This document shows positions 1 through 11,178 of a stretch of 64,000 bases of DNA, in pieces. The notes beneath the pieces were generated by a model that saw only the letters and a program-made list of their open reading frames with translations, was not told where the DNA came from and ran no database searches. The position numbers and the translations under genes were made by a program. Positions within the stretch are counted from its first letter, which is position 1. Each line of letters opens with the position of its first letter. The DNA is from Phormidesmis sp. (GTDB taxonomy: Bacteria > Cyanobacteriota > Cyanobacteriia > Leptolyngbyales > Leptolyngbyaceae): NCBI GenBank assembly GCA_965248535.1, contig CBDFJR010000002.1:416001-480000 (forward strand), in the 5' to 3' direction.

Positions 1-80
1 CTGACGATGTACTTGAGCGACGATCGGCTAATCTCAAACAAATCGAGAAGACCCTGTTCAACCCTCTAATGATTTGTTAG
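1..80 (+). CDS. Possible 3' end of an unidentified gene entering from the left edge
   Basis: Open frame from base 3 reads DDVLERRSANLKQIEKTLFNPLMIC then TAG at 78-80; an inverted repeat TTAGGTTG...CAACCTAA (77-121) follows. Confidence 0.3.
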   Translation, partial: DDVLERRSANLKQIEKTLFNPLMIC

Positions 81-275
81 GTTGCCCGATACTTGCCGAC
101 TTTTCGCATTGCCCAACCTAAGTTGTCGCAAGATACTATGGAGCCGTCAGTTATGAATACTAGTCTGGCGATCGGCGCTTAAGTTCAGCAATGGGTAACA
201 GCAGATTGTCTCCAATTTCTTGGCGGGTACGATCGCTGACTGCTCCGGGTTTCTCAAACAGTCTCTCCAACTGCT

Positions 276-497
276 CTACAGGCTCACAACTTCAACATCA
301 AGCCGCTGCTTAACGGGATGTTCGGTAGTCAGTAAGCGATCGATTTGATCTAAAACTGTGGCGTGAAAGTATCGCTCACCGCATTCTGGACAAACTTCAG
401 CATCAACGTTCTCAATAATGTAGAGTTTTCCCTTTAGCCAATGTTGCCGCCTCACCTTTTTGGTGATGGTTTGCCCGTCGCAAAATTCACAAATCAT
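276..497 (-). CDS. YgiT-type zinc-finger protein (MqsA-like antitoxin N-terminal domain)
   Basis: CxxC (CEFC) ... IIENVDAEVCPECGERYF pattern; start codon overlaps the stop of the upstream DUF4258 remnant (ATGA). Confidence 0.85.
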   Translation of the reverse strand: MICEFCDGQTITKKVRRQHWLKGKLYIIENVDAEVCPECGERYFHATVLDQIDRLLTTEHPVKQRLDVEVVSL

Positions 498-622
498 GTG
501 TTCTCCGCAAGTGCATAGACGGTGATGATAACATCGCCTACCATTTCGTCTTCAGTGTTCGATGAAAGGTAGTAGTCGCGATCGCGAATCTTCTAACGAA
601 TTTGCTCGATGCTCCATTCCAT
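494..622 (-). pseudogene. DUF4258-family putative toxin remnant (premature stop plus internal deletion)
   Basis: Manual translation: MEWSIEQIR*KIRDRDYYLSSNTEDEMVGDVIITVYALAENT*. Keeps the N-terminal Y..S.H/N..DEM and C-terminal VIITVY hallmarks; TAG at 593-595; coupled to the YgiT gene. Confidence 0.7.
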
Positions 623-660
623 TTCTTGCTCTACCTAAAATGTCTCTAGGGTTCCAATGG

Positions 661-1143
661 TTAGGGTTTTGCTATCACCGTACTTCCATGAAAACGGTTT
701 TTTACAAAAGAGTAAGAATAGTCAACTGTGACTGGTCCCTGACAACGACCCCTTACATCATTGTCAACGTACTTACTAGCCCAACTCCAAGTAGCTATGC
801 CTTCCTTTCCCCACTCAACCTGACCTAATTCAGAGGGTCGGTTGTTCAAGGTGAACATATAGTCAACTTCGAACTTAACCAAATCATTTCCTTCAAGATG
901 AACGTCCTTAGCGTAAGAGGCTTGTTTTAAGCTTTCAGCACACATTTTTACTGACTTTGATGCTCCAAAGCTTGGCATCTTTAGCACTGATAAATCATAT
1001 CGCCCAGTGACATCGTGGAAGTAAATTTGATAGCCGATTTGATAAATTACTATTGGAAGTGTGATAGGGAGTGTGAGAAGCCCAAAACAGACTACTACCC
1101 AACCTAATGAACGTAACGAACTTAATGTCGAATTTTTATTCAT
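661..1143 (-). CDS. Hypothetical membrane-anchored protein, AT-rich
   Basis: ORF 661..1377 with a more plausible ATG at 1143 (MNKNSTL); one hydrophobic segment (LGWVVVCFGLLTLPITLPIVIY) followed by a soluble domain. Confidence 0.55.
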   Translation of the reverse strand: MNKNSTLSSLRSLGWVVVCFGLLTLPITLPIVIYQIGYQIYFHDVTGRYDLSVLKMPSFGASKSVKMCAESLKQASYAKDVHLEGNDLVKFEVDYMFTLNNRPSELGQVEWGKEGIATWSWASKYVDNDVRGRCQGPVTVDYSYSFVKNRFHGSTVIAKP

Positions 1144-1310
1144 GAGCAAAAATAACTTGGTAACCCGAAGCATTCCCCAAATTCTAGGAAAGATTGTGAT
1201 CTGGCTGTAAGAGGATGTTTGAAAAGTCTCAAATGCTATGTTGAATGAGGCGATCGCTCCATTCATCCCGCTACGTAATGGTGTCAGCATATCCACCATT
1301 CTACATACAC

Positions 1311-1369
1311 GAACAATCGTGGACATCCCTGAACGATCGTGAACGCTGGCTGAACATCGCTGAACATCA
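1311..1369 (+). repeat. Degenerate ~10-bp tandem repeat, consensus (T)GAACATCGY, six units
   Basis: G(A/G)AC cores at 1311, 1321, 1331, 1341, 1352 and 1362. Confidence 0.6.
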
Positions 1370-1422
1370 GACCCCATAAGGCTTTTGACAGACTCAAGGA
1401 GTAGTCAACCCAGCACCCAACC

Positions 1423-1602
1423 ATGAAGCCTTTCAATCTTCGATCCGCGATCGCATCTACCCTCACCGCCGTAGCTGGCGCAACCTCGATCTACCTCGCC
1501 ACACTCCCCAACCCGACCCAACCCCAAACAGACTTAGGTCACACCGCCAATCAGATTTTCCTCATCGGTAGCCAGTCACTCCTCAAAAACCGCAAGGAGT
1601 GA
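1423..1602 (+). CDS. Small hydrophobic protein (59 aa, below the ORF-track cut-off)
   Basis: MKPFNLRSAIASTLTAVAGATSIYLATLPNPTQPQTDLGHTANQIFLIGSQSLLKNRKE*; AAGGAG ~20 nt upstream; consistent C-ending codon bias. Confidence 0.5.
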   Translation: MKPFNLRSAIASTLTAVAGATSIYLATLPNPTQPQTDLGHTANQIFLIGSQSLLKNRKE

Positions 1603-1628
1603 CCTCTGGTATGAGTGTTTCTACCCAA

Positions 1629-4600
1629 TCAACCCGTGTTTCTCATCCCCGCCGCGATGCCATTAATCGTCAACAGTGCCCCCCGCAGCAGTTCGCCCTT
1701 GCTGTAGCGCGATCGCACCACCCCAGCCGCCGCAAAGGTTTTGTGCTGACGGAGCCGTTTGAGCAACGAGACTTGCAGAAACCCTAGGGGCACGATCGTG
1801 CCATTGCGAAGCTGCACCGATCGCTGTAATTCTGGGTCACCGTCTAGCAACCGCTTGTGCTCAGTGATCGTCAGCACCAGTTCCCGCGTCAGGTAATATT
1901 CACTGAGAATTTGCTCATAAACGGGGGCAAATCGTTCGCGGTCTTCGGGTTGAGTCAACTCACTCACATAGTGCCCGGCAATTTGCAGATCGACTTTTGA
2001 GAGCGTCATCTCAACCTTTGAGATCGCCATTTTAAAGAACGGCCATTTCAGATAAAAATAGCGGAGTAGCTTCAAATTCTCTTCAGGGTGCTCTGCCAAG
2101 AAACTTTGCAAGGCCGTGCCGACTCCATACCACGACGGCAGCAGAAAGCGGCTTTGAGTCCAGCTAAACACCCACGGGATCGCCCGCAGGCTGGCCAGAT
2201 CTTTTTTGCCGCCGCGACGAGCCGGGCGCGAACTGATTTGCAGTTGACTAATTTCCTCGATCGGGGTGACTTGATGAAAGAAATCAATAAAATCTGGCTG
2301 CTCATAAATCAGATCCCGGTAGTGAGTCCGCGATTTGGCCGCTAACTCCTCCATGATCTCGTGCCAAGGCTGAATGTCGTCAAACCCCGTTCGCAGCAGA
2401 CTGCCCTGAATCACGGCAGTGGTCACCGTCTCTAGGTTAAACAGCGCCAACTCTGGGAGCGAATATTTTGAGGCCAGCACTTCGCCCTGCTCGGTGATTT
2501 TAATGCGCCCATTAACGCTGCGACCGGGCTGCGCCAAGATCGCCTCATAAGCAGGGCCGCCACCGCGCCCGACTGAGCCGCCACGCCCGTGGAAGATTCG
2601 CAGGGCAACCCCGTGCTGGTCAGCAATGCTTTGCAGCGCTTGCTGGGCTTTGTGAATCTCCCAGTTGCTGCTGAGAAACCCAGAATCTTTGTTGCTGTCA
2701 GAGTAGCCCAACATGACTTCTTGCAGCGAGACGCTGTGCAAAAGCCTAGAGGAAGAGTCTTTGGGGTCGGCGATCGCTCCCCCTTCAGGCTTTGCAAAGC
2801 CGCCTGAGAGCATCGCTCGATAAAAGGGTAGTTGAAAGATCTCCGTCATAACAGAGGGCGCTTTGAGCAGATCTTCGACCGTCTCAAATAGGGGCACCAC
2901 CTGCACCGTGCTGATCCCCGTCGCGGGATCGTAGAGTCCGGCTTCTTTGGCCAGCAGCAAGACTTCGAGCATATCGCTGACATCATGGCTCATGCTGATG
3001 ATGTAAGTGCGGCAGATGTCGAGTCCAAATTCTTGCTGAAGCTTTCGCATCATGCGGAAGGTCGCGATCGTTTCCTGAACCTTTTCTGAGAAGGGCAACT
3101 CAGCAGGGATCAGGGGTCTGCGAGTCTGAAGCTCAGTGGCCAGCCAGATAGTCTTTTCAGACTCTGACATCTCGTTATAGGGCTTAGGCAACACTTGAAG
3201 ATAGTCGGCGATCTCGTTGAGAGCGTCAGCGTGGCGCGTGCTTTCTTGCCGGATGTCGAGGTGGGCCAGATTAAAGCCAAAAATCTCGACCTGACAGATT
3301 AGGTGATCTAAATCGCGGCAGTTCAGCCCAGTTTCAGCCAAGTTGCGCTGAATCAGACGCAGTTCGATCAAAAAGTTTTTGCCAGAGCGATAGACGATCG
3401 CCTCGTCATAATCGGGAATTTCTTGGGGCAGCGCATCGGTGTGATACATCTGCTCGTTGCGGGCCAGCGTGTTTCTCAGCCGCTTTTGAATGTAGGACAG
3501 CTTGAGTCGATAAGGCTCTTGGCGATAGCGCACAGAGAGTTGATCATAGACATCGGGCATCCGCTGCTGGTCTTGCTCTAAGGATTCCAGCAGGTCGGGC
3601 AGCACGTCGCTCCAGTGCAGAGATAAACTCAGCAGGTCAATCAAGCGATCGAGCGACTGAATATATTTTTCTAACACCATGCGCCGCTGATAGCACGCCG
3701 TTTGCCAGGTGACGTGAGGCGTGACCGAGGGGTTGCCATCGCGATCGGAACCCACCCATGAGCCAAACTGACAAAAGTTATAGCGAGGCAACTGCATTCC
3801 GGGAAAGGACGAGTGCAATCCCTGCTTGAGGCGCTGATAAAGGTGGGGAATCGCGTCAAACAGCACCTCTTGAAAGTAGTGCAGAGTGTAGTCTACTTCA
3901 TCAAGCACGGTGGGTTTGAACTGGTGCAATTCATCAGTGCGCCACCAGAGGCGAATTTCTTCAGTGAGTTGATCCCGCAGTGACTCGGCTTCCCATGAGG
4001 AAGATAGACCCATCGATTTAAGGCTGTCTTCGACGCGATCGAGTTCTCGCAAAACTTTGGCAATGCGGCGCTGCTTATCGCGAATGGTGTGCCTCACAAT
4101 CTCTGTCGGGTGGGCCGTAAACACGAGCCACACATCTAGCTGATCAATCAGCCGCTGAATCTGTTGAGGCGGCACATTTAGCCGCTTGAGCTTAGGAAAG
4201 AGCCAGTGAAACGTGCCGACTTCTCGCCGCAGGTTGCTCTCTTGCATACTTTTTTCGAGCAGATCGGCTTCTAAGCTAGAAGGTGTCTCAGGCGATTGAC
4301 CATAATCATGCTTGCTGGTTGCCGAAGGCGCTGCTTCACGAGCCGCCCGATATTGCTGCTGCTGATCTCGCTGCTCATAGTGCTGCTCAACAATGTTGAT
4401 CAGTTGAAAATAGAGAGCAAAGGCACGAGCCGCCCGAATAGCCTCATTAAGATCGAGCTTTTCGACCACTTGCAGCACGTCTGACTCAGCAAAGGTCGTG
4501 GCTTGACCTTCGGGCGAACACATTTCGCGCAGTTGATTGAGCAGATCGACCAGTTCTTGACCGCATTCCTGTCGCAAAACCGCTTCCCATAGGTCTTCTA

Positions 4601-4733
4601 CGATTTTGAGACGATGGCGAAGAAAGAGGTCGGAGGTGAAAACCCCAATATCATCTGATGACATAGCTGACACTGCGCTAGCTTCTGTGGCGGTTCTGGA
4701 AGATTCTTCGGGAGAGGGGCGGGTCGAACTCAT
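1629..4733 (-). CDS. ppc: Phosphoenolpyruvate carboxylase
   Basis: [59 protein letters not shown] and C-terminal [10 protein letters not shown] motifs. Confidence 0.98.
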   Translation of the reverse strand: MSSTRPSPEESSRTATEASAVSAMSSDDIGVFTSDLFLRHRLKIVEDLWEAVLRQECGQELVDLLNQLREMCSPEGQATTFAESDVLQVVEKLDLNEAIRAARAFALYFQLINIVEQHYEQRDQQQQYRAAREAAPSATSKHDYGQSPETPSSLEADLLEKSMQESNLRREVGTFHWLFPKLKRLNVPPQQIQRLIDQLDVWLVFTAHPTEIVRHTIRDKQRRIAKVLRELDRVEDSLKSMGLSSSWEAESLRDQLTEEIRLWWRTDELHQFKPTVLDEVDYTLHYFQEVLFDAIPHLYQRLKQGLHSSFPGMQLPRYNFCQFGSWVGSDRDGNPSVTPHVTWQTACYQRRMVLEKYIQSLDRLIDLLSLSLHWSDVLPDLLESLEQDQQRMPDVYDQLSVRYRQEPYRLKLSYIQKRLRNTLARNEQMYHTDALPQEIPDYDEAIVYRSGKNFLIELRLIQRNLAETGLNCRDLDHLICQVEIFGFNLAHLDIRQESTRHADALNEIADYLQVLPKPYNEMSESEKTIWLATELQTRRPLIPAELPFSEKVQETIATFRMMRKLQQEFGLDICRTYIISMSHDVSDMLEVLLLAKEAGLYDPATGISTVQVVPLFETVEDLLKAPSVMTEIFQLPFYRAMLSGGFAKPEGGAIADPKDSSSRLLHSVSLQEVMLGYSDSNKDSGFLSSNWEIHKAQQALQSIADQHGVALRIFHGRGGSVGRGGGPAYEAILAQPGRSVNGRIKITEQGEVLASKYSLPELALFNLETVTTAVIQGSLLRTGFDDIQPWHEIMEELAAKSRTHYRDLIYEQPDFIDFFHQVTPIEEISQLQISSRPARRGGKKDLASLRAIPWVFSWTQSRFLLPSWYGVGTALQSFLAEHPEENLKLLRYFYLKWPFFKMAISKVEMTLSKVDLQIAGHYVSELTQPEDRERFAPVYEQILSEYYLTRELVLTITEHKRLLDGDPELQRSVQLRNGTIVPLGFLQVSLLKRLRQHKTFAAAGVVRSRYSKGELLRGALLTINGIAAGMRNTG

Positions 4734-4807
4734 AAAGCGGTTCCAGCAGAGATACTCGACAATTTCACGGGCAAGTCAAATAGTTAATCCTAATCGTCGC
4801 TAACCCT

Positions 4808-5035
4808 TCAATCCGTATCATTTGTATCAGAGAGAGGATTAGCCGTTGGCAAGGTTGAGAAGTCTAAAATCGGCAGCCGATCGCCCCGAAAAATCTCTTC
4901 ACTCAGCGATCCCAGTTCGCGCAGCCCTTCGGACAAGGCTCGAACGCCAACCATGCCCGCTAGCACTGGCAAGGTTGTTAGCCCAACTAAAACTTTAGAC
5001 TCGATGCTGAACCTGAAAAGCGGGTCGAATTCCAT
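4808..5035 (-). CDS. Conserved cyanobacterial hypothetical protein
   Basis: 75 aa with LG..SEEIFRGDRLPIL motif, upstream of ppc on the same strand. Confidence 0.65.
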   Translation of the reverse strand: MEFDPLFRFSIESKVLVGLTTLPVLAGMVGVRALSEGLRELGSLSEEIFRGDRLPILDFSTLPTANPLSDTNDTD

Positions 5036-5498
5036 AGCGGCTGCTTAAATAACTTGAATAGACAGGTGAACGTTCAAGCGTCTGAGCCGATGGGTCTAAA
5101 CGGCCAGATTTCATTCAATCTTTGAGTTGATGGTCATGTTTCTTTGTTTTTAGACTAAAATCTCTAGGATTTCAGCCTGAAAACGGCGCAAGCTGCCGTA
5201 TTTTGAAGTCATGGGCGGAACTGCATCTTCACAAAAGAGGAAAGTGCTCTTTTGTAAGTCACGGCCTTTGGCGATCGCGGTGCTCTGCGGCTGCTCATGC
5301 ACTATATTGATTAGCCTAGCAAGTTTATTGATTGAGAACCTAGAAGACTCACTCACTTTTAAGTCGATTCGTTAACTTGTGCTTACCATATCAAAGAAAA
5401 GTTCGATCAAAACGAAAGGTCTTGTGAAAAAGTAGAGCCGGAGCACTACTGATAGAGAAAACCCGTCGTCTGACCCACCCCAAGGAATTCTGCTGCTG

Positions 5499-8400
5499 AT
5501 GTTGAACGTACCTGAGCGCGCACCGTCTTCTATAAAACCCGTTAAAGACAGACCGAGTTTGGTGCAGTGGCTTAAGCAGGTCATTGATTTGCCGCAGGTG
5601 CGGGTGCAGGTGCGGTTTCGGGGCAATAATCTCTATATTTTGTGTGAGGGGCAGATCTGTCCGCCGCGATCGCTGCTGTTGCTGCGAGTCGTGCGGGCGT
5701 TAGCCAAGACAAGGTTAGATCGCTTTATTGCCAGTGGTCAGCCTCAAGTTTATCAAGTCTTTCTCTATGGTCGGGCCCTAGGTCGGCCTCGCCCTGACTG
5801 GGCAGAGGTGATTGATCTCCATCAGATTGATCGCTACCTAGAAAACGCTGCAAACAGGCACCTCGACGAAAAAGGGGGGGACTCTGTCCGATGACGCGGC
5901 GGTTTCTTCGCTAGCGATCGCGACGATTCAACTCGCTCAGCAGGGGCGACCGGAGGCGATCGCTCGATATTTAAGTGAGTCGTTTAGCAGTTTAGGGGTG
6001 GCGGTGCGCGCCAGCGTCAAGCCTATTCCGTCAAAAGAGGGCGAGGCTGACGCGCTGCGGCTGTGGGTGGTGTGTGAGTCAGCCTATAGCCCTGATGCGT
6101 CTCTGATGGCGGAATCGATCGCGCAAAAACTTCGAGATTTGGCGCTAACTGGCTTTGAGTCGGCGATCGTGTTGAGCCAAGTTCACGGAGAGCTACAGCC
6201 TGACTGGACGCTGCGAGTCGATCTGACTCCTCCTGATGAGATGCTCAAAGCTTGGGCCCGCTGGGGCGACCCTGCCGCGATCGCTCGGTTGCTCGATCGC
6301 ACGCTGCGCGATCAGCAAATTCGTGCGTCTGCCACTTTCAAAGACACAACGCTGCATCTTTCTTGTGGGGGAGAAAAATTGCCTGATCGGGGCCGAGTCA
6401 TGGCAGCTATCAAGCCTTTGTTGGATGCGATCGCGCCTCAAGGAATTTTGTCGGCTGCGGTCTATGGGGTCGAACCGTCGTCTGACTCCTCTAAACCTTC
6501 TGATTCTCAGCTTGACGGCCCTGCCTGGGTTGAGTGGCTAAAGCTGCCTGCCTCAGTTCACCCGGCGCTGTCAGACTCGACCCACTGGCTAGCCGAAAAA
6601 GGAGACATTCCCGCGATCGCGTTTTTGCTGAGTCGGCTACTTAACCCCGATCTCGATCGCCAACTGGCGACGGGCGGCATTCGCATTCAGGTGCGGCAAA
6701 AAGAAGATCTCTTGCACATCATGGCCGATGCGCCCCTCTGCCCACCTCAAAACCGGGTCGGATCGGCGATCGCTCAGTTCCTCAAGCCGCTCGATATTCC
6801 GGGGGTTGCCGGAGTGAGAATCTATGGGCGCAGAGCCGGACAAGCTCGCCCTGCCTGGAGCTATGGCTCTGATTTTGGGTTGCGCGATCGCCTAGTGCCT
6901 GCCGCAACTCCAGAATTTGCTGCCTCAGATGAATATGTGGGCGATCTGCTGACTGCATCGGGCGAGTTAGCGCGGCGACCTGACCTGACGGCTGATGATC
7001 TGCGAGTTGCCCTCGATCGGCTCCGAGACAGAATGCAGGGCGTTTTGACCCGATCGCAGCTATTTGTTGTAGTGGCGACACAGAATTCCCGATCGCCCGA
7101 CTCAACGCCAAAATCTCAAACCACCAAACTGGCTTTAGTGTGGGCTACCCTCGGTCTGCTGCTCACCGTGCAGTCTGATTGGATCTTGGGACAACTGCTC
7201 AAGCCAAAAATGGAGCTAAAGCCGATGGCGATCGCCACGGTCTCTCCGTCTCCAGTAGTCTCAGACGAGATCCCGCTGCCTCAGATATCGCTGCAAAAAC
7301 CGGGCATTGGTCGCGGCGATGCGTTTAATGGCTCTGGCTTTACTCAGTCGGGGCAAACGGTGCTTTCAACGGATGATCCAAGTCCGGCACCGGGGGCGAT
7401 CGCCGCACCCTCTCCTGCTAAAGCCTTAGTTGCGGCGCAACTTCAGCAAAAAGCCGTGGTTGATGCGGCGCGATCGCCCTACCCCACTCTTAACGCTCGA
7501 CAGCTTGACGAAAAGCTGGTGCTCTATCGTCAATATATTGAGAAGTCAGGAGCACCTGATGTCTTGGTGGTGGGCAGTTCTAGAGCCATGCGAGGCATCG
7601 ATCCAACTGCGTTGCAGCAAGCGTTGGCTACCCAAGGGTATCCCGGTTTGAAGATCTTTAACTTTGGGGTGAATGGGGCTACGGCCCAAGTCGTCGATTT
7701 AATTGTGCGTCGCCTGCTGCCTGCCGAAAAGCTGCCCAAGCTGATCATCTGGGCCGATGGCTCACGGGCGATCAACAGTGGGCGAGTCGATGTCACCTAT
7801 AACGCGATCGCGGTCTCCCAGGGCTTTAAAGCGATTCCAGTTGATGGGTCTCCGGCGATCGCCCCTCCCCCAACTCCTCCTGCGCCTGAGTCATCAATCA
7901 CGACTTCGTTAGGCACGATTTCGTCTACTAACTCGGTGGTGGCTGACAGCTATCAAACCGTCAACACTTGGCTAAACCAGACGTTAGCCAATCTTTCTAG
8001 CACCTACGCGCAGCGAGAATCGCTTAAAACCCTGTTTCAGCGTGAGGTCGCCTCTGGATTTAAACCTCGGTCTAACGGTGATCAAGACACTGACCTGACG
8101 ATCGTGCAAGACGGCCAGGGGCTGATCGATGTCGCTGGCTTTTTGCCGATTTCAAATCGATTTAACCCAGCAACTTATTATCAGAAATATTCCAAAGTGG
8201 CGGGCAACAGCGATGGCGACTATGCTGATTTTCGGCTAGAGGGCGGTCAGTCTGCGGCGATCGCCTCTTTAGCCACTTTCACGCAAGCGCAAAAAATTCC
8301 TCTAGTGTTTGTCAATCTGCCCTTGACGGCTGACTATCTCGACTCAGTGCGCCGACAGCATGAGCAAACCTTCCAGCAATATATGCTCCGCACTTCTGCT

Positions 8401-8550
8401 GAGTTAGGGTTTACCTACCGCAATTTGACCGAAGAATGGAAAGCCGAGCCTGACTTCTTTTCTGACCCTAGCCATCTCAACCGCTATGGGGCGTTTGCGG
8501 TCGCTAGTCACCTAGCCAAAGATCCGTTGATTCCGTGGGCCAAGCGTTGA
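5499..8550 (+). CDS. DUF1574/SGNH-hydrolase-domain membrane protein, split by a +1 frameshift at ~5869-5880
   Basis: ORFs 5499..5894 and 5998..8550. Frame 1 is open from 5881 and encodes the repeat motif LAQQGRPEAIARYLSE, matching later ARWGDPAAIARLL and AEKGDIPAIAFLL. C-terminal domain has VVGSSRA, FNFGVNGA and FSDPSHLN. The shift falls in an A5G7 run. Confidence 0.8.
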
Positions 8551-8809
8551 GCGATCGCCCCGGCAAATTTTGTCGGTCAATCTCTTTAACTTCAGAGATT
8601 TTCGCTTGAGCGTTATCAAATCGTGATATAACGATTAAGGTTTTGTTACAAATAGCACTGCAACGCATCTAACTCAAGATAGATTTGTCCAAAAATCTGT
8701 CCACTATTGAGTTGCAGTACAGCGGTTAACTCATCAGCAAAAGACCTGCTCACTGCTAGGCAGGTTTTTGTGTGCGTTCCGAACACTACTCGGAGGAAAA
8801 AATCAATTC

Positions 8810-9856
8810 ATGACAGCATCGACCGTCCAGCCTCAGAACCCGGCTCTCGATCTCACTGGTTCAAAGCTCCGTCTTAAGGATATTCTCAAAACCCTGCCCC
8901 GCGAAAGCTTTCAGCGCAATCAGCGAAAAGCCTGGACGATGGTGCTGGTCAATGTTTTGATGGTGGGTCTCGGCTATTGGGCGATTCAGGCATCGCCCTG
9001 GTTCTTACTCCCTTTTGCCTGGGTGTTTACGGGCACCGCCCTAACGGGATTTTTTGTGATCTCTCACGACTGCGGGCACCGATCGTTTGCCCAACGCAAA
9101 TGGGTCAACGATCTGGTGGGACATATTTTTATGGCCCCGTTGATCTACCCCTTTCACTGCTGGCGCATTTTGCACAACAAGCACCACAAACACACTAATA
9201 AGATGGATGTGGACAATGCCTGGCAGCCGTTTCGCCCAGAAGTCTATGACGAGTTTGGCCCCGTTCGGCGAGTCGGCTATGAATATATGCGCGGTCGCTT
9301 GTGGTGGCTAGCGTCGATCTTGCACTGGGGAATCATTCACTTTGATCTGTCGCAATATGAGCCAAAAGATCGTGACAAAGTAAAAGTCTCGATCGCTGTA
9401 GTGGTCGTGTTTGCCGCGATCGTGTTTCCGACTTTGATCGCGACGACCGGAGTGTGGGGCTTTGTCAAATTTTGGCTGCTGCCCTGGCTGGTCTATCACT
9501 TTTGGATGAGCACCTTTACATTGGTGCACCACACCCTGCCCGCCATTCATTTCTCTGAGCCAGAAGACTGGAACGAGGCTCAGGCCCAGCTATTTGGCAC
9601 CGTTCACTGTGAATATCCGGCGTGGGTTGAGTTTCTTTGCCATCACATTAACGTTCACATTCCTCATCATCTCTCAACGGCGATTCCGTCCTATAATCTG
9701 CGGCTGGCTCACCGCAGTTTGCAAAAGACGTGGGGCACTTCTCTGCAAGAGCATCGCTTTTCTTGGCAGCTAATTCGCCAGATCACTGACGAGTGTCATC
9801 TCTATCACCCCGAAACGGCCTATCAATCGTTTAATGATTATCGGGGCAAGCCCTAG
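8810..9856 (+). CDS. desA: Delta-12 acyl-lipid (fatty acid) desaturase
   Basis: His boxes HDCGH, HNKHH and [22 protein letters not shown] upstream of ATG 8810. Confidence 0.9.
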   Translation: MTASTVQPQNPALDLTGSKLRLKDILKTLPRESFQRNQRKAWTMVLVNVLMVGLGYWAIQASPWFLLPFAWVFTGTALTGFFVISHDCGHRSFAQRKWVNDLVGHIFMAPLIYPFHCWRILHNKHHKHTNKMDVDNAWQPFRPEVYDEFGPVRRVGYEYMRGRLWWLASILHWGIIHFDLSQYEPKDRDKVKVSIAVVVVFAAIVFPTLIATTGVWGFVKFWLLPWLVYHFWMSTFTLVHHTLPAIHFSEPEDWNEAQAQLFGTVHCEYPAWVEFLCHHINVHIPHHLSTAIPSYNLRLAHRSLQKTWGTSLQEHRFSWQLIRQITDECHLYHPETAYQSFNDYRGKP

Positions 9857-9889
9857 GGTTGAGATCAGCGATCGCCGCTGACTGACTTT

Positions 9890-9943
9890 CAAGAGTGCGA
9901 AATCTGGGGCTGAGATTCCAGGTTTCGCACTCTTGCTTTTTTT
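9890..9943 (+). terminator. Intrinsic terminator after desA
   Basis: Stem CAAGAGTGCGAAA...TTTCGCACTCTTG followed by a T7 tract. Confidence 0.85.
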
Positions 9944-10176
9944 ACGGTCTGTCGATAACAGATGTGAACGAATTCATGATTCTCAACCGCGCACCTTTAT
10001 AATCTGTTACGTCTCTAGGAAAATCACGACAGCGATCGCCCACTAAAAGCGGTTAGACCGAGTGATCTCATTATTCCTGCTTACAAAGTTGACTATAGTT
10101 ATTACAGTTTGTCATTCACCCTTAAATTGACTAATCAAACCTGTCCCTTCTAGCCACTCTGCCGAGTCAATTCTGA

Positions 10177-10446
10177 ATGAGCACTGAGACCTATTTAAAT
10201 CACCCGACCTTTGGCTTGCTGTTCAGAGTCTGTTTGGTAGAAGACAAGCGCGAGTTATTCAGCACGCTCTACGCCCAGCGCCTCTTTTTTATCGTGTCCA
10301 ACGACCCCGCTGGCATTGAGTTTGATTCTATCAATCGCACTGAGGCCAAAGTGATGGTCGAAAATCGTCTGCGAATGCTGCGCCGAACTGGCTTATTCAA
10401 AGACTATGATCAGCTTCAAGTGATTCACAAACGCACGTTTCAATAA
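10177..10446 (+). CDS. pipX: PII-interacting protein X
   Basis: MSTETYLNHPTFGLL, LYAQRLFF, 89 aa, coupled to yggS/pipY. Confidence 0.95.
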   Translation: MSTETYLNHPTFGLLFRVCLVEDKRELFSTLYAQRLFFIVSNDPAGIEFDSINRTEAKVMVENRLRMLRRTGLFKDYDQLQVIHKRTFQ

Positions 10447-11132
10447 TGGATGCTGATTTTGATCGGGTTAGCGATCGCATAGTCCGATTTTGCCAAACCA
10501 TTCCTGAGAGCGTCCGAGTCGTTGCTGTCACCAAAAACGTTTCGGTTGAGTCGATGCGGGCGGCCTATGCGGCAGGTGTGCGTGACTTTGGCGAAAATCG
10601 CGTTCAAGACGCTGAGATTAAGCAGGCGCAACTCACCGATTTGCCCGATATCACTTGGCACCTGATTGGACATCTGCAAGCCAACAAAGCCAAAAAAGCT
10701 CTAGAGCAGTTTCAGTGGATTCATTCTGTCGATAGTCTCAAACTGGCCCAGAGGCTCAATCAACTGGCTGCCGATCGCCCCCAACTGCCTCAGATTTGTC
10801 TGCAAGTTAAGCTGCTTCCCGACCCCAATAAGTTTGGCTGGACAGAATCAGAGCTATGGGCTGACCTGCCGCACCTGAGTGAGTGTGAGCATTTGCAAAT
10901 TCGCGGATTGATGACGATCGCGCCTTTAGGGTTGAGCGCTTCAGAAATTTTTGATCTTTTTGTGCGAACTCGTGAACTTGCGGTTAAGATTCAACAACAA
11001 AATGCACGGAGATTCTACTTAGATCAACTCTCAATGGGGATGTCCGAAGATTACCCCTTGGCAATCAAAGCGGGAGCTACTATGATTCGACCCGGACGAA
11101 TTTTATTTGGGGATCTGCAAAGCTCAGTTTAG
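10446..11132 (+). CDS. pipY: YggS-family pyridoxal-phosphate homeostasis protein (PipY)
   Basis: VAVTK, FGENRVQ, WHLIGHLQANK, LSMGMS, GATMIRPGR; start overlaps the pipX stop. Confidence 0.95.
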   Translation: MDADFDRVSDRIVRFCQTIPESVRVVAVTKNVSVESMRAAYAAGVRDFGENRVQDAEIKQAQLTDLPDITWHLIGHLQANKAKKALEQFQWIHSVDSLKLAQRLNQLAADRPQLPQICLQVKLLPDPNKFGWTESELWADLPHLSECEHLQIRGLMTIAPLGLSASEIFDLFVRTRELAVKIQQQNARRFYLDQLSMGMSEDYPLAIKAGATMIRPGRILFGDLQSSV

Positions 11133-11142
11133 CGCCTCAGTA

Positions 11143-11178
11143 GGGGGTCTCACCCCCCAACCCCTCTCTGGGTAAGAG
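11143..11178. repeat. Cyanobacterial palindromic dispersed-repeat remnant / hairpin after pipY
   Basis: GGGGGTCTCACCCCCC hairpin plus CAACCCCTCTC; same CCCTCACCCC/CCCTCTCCC family as the element at 37084-37121. Confidence 0.45.

Noticed and set aside
1311..1369. Possible CRISPR array
   Set aside because: Units are ~10 bp with no spacers, and no cas genes are present; I found no CRISPR array anywhere in the window.
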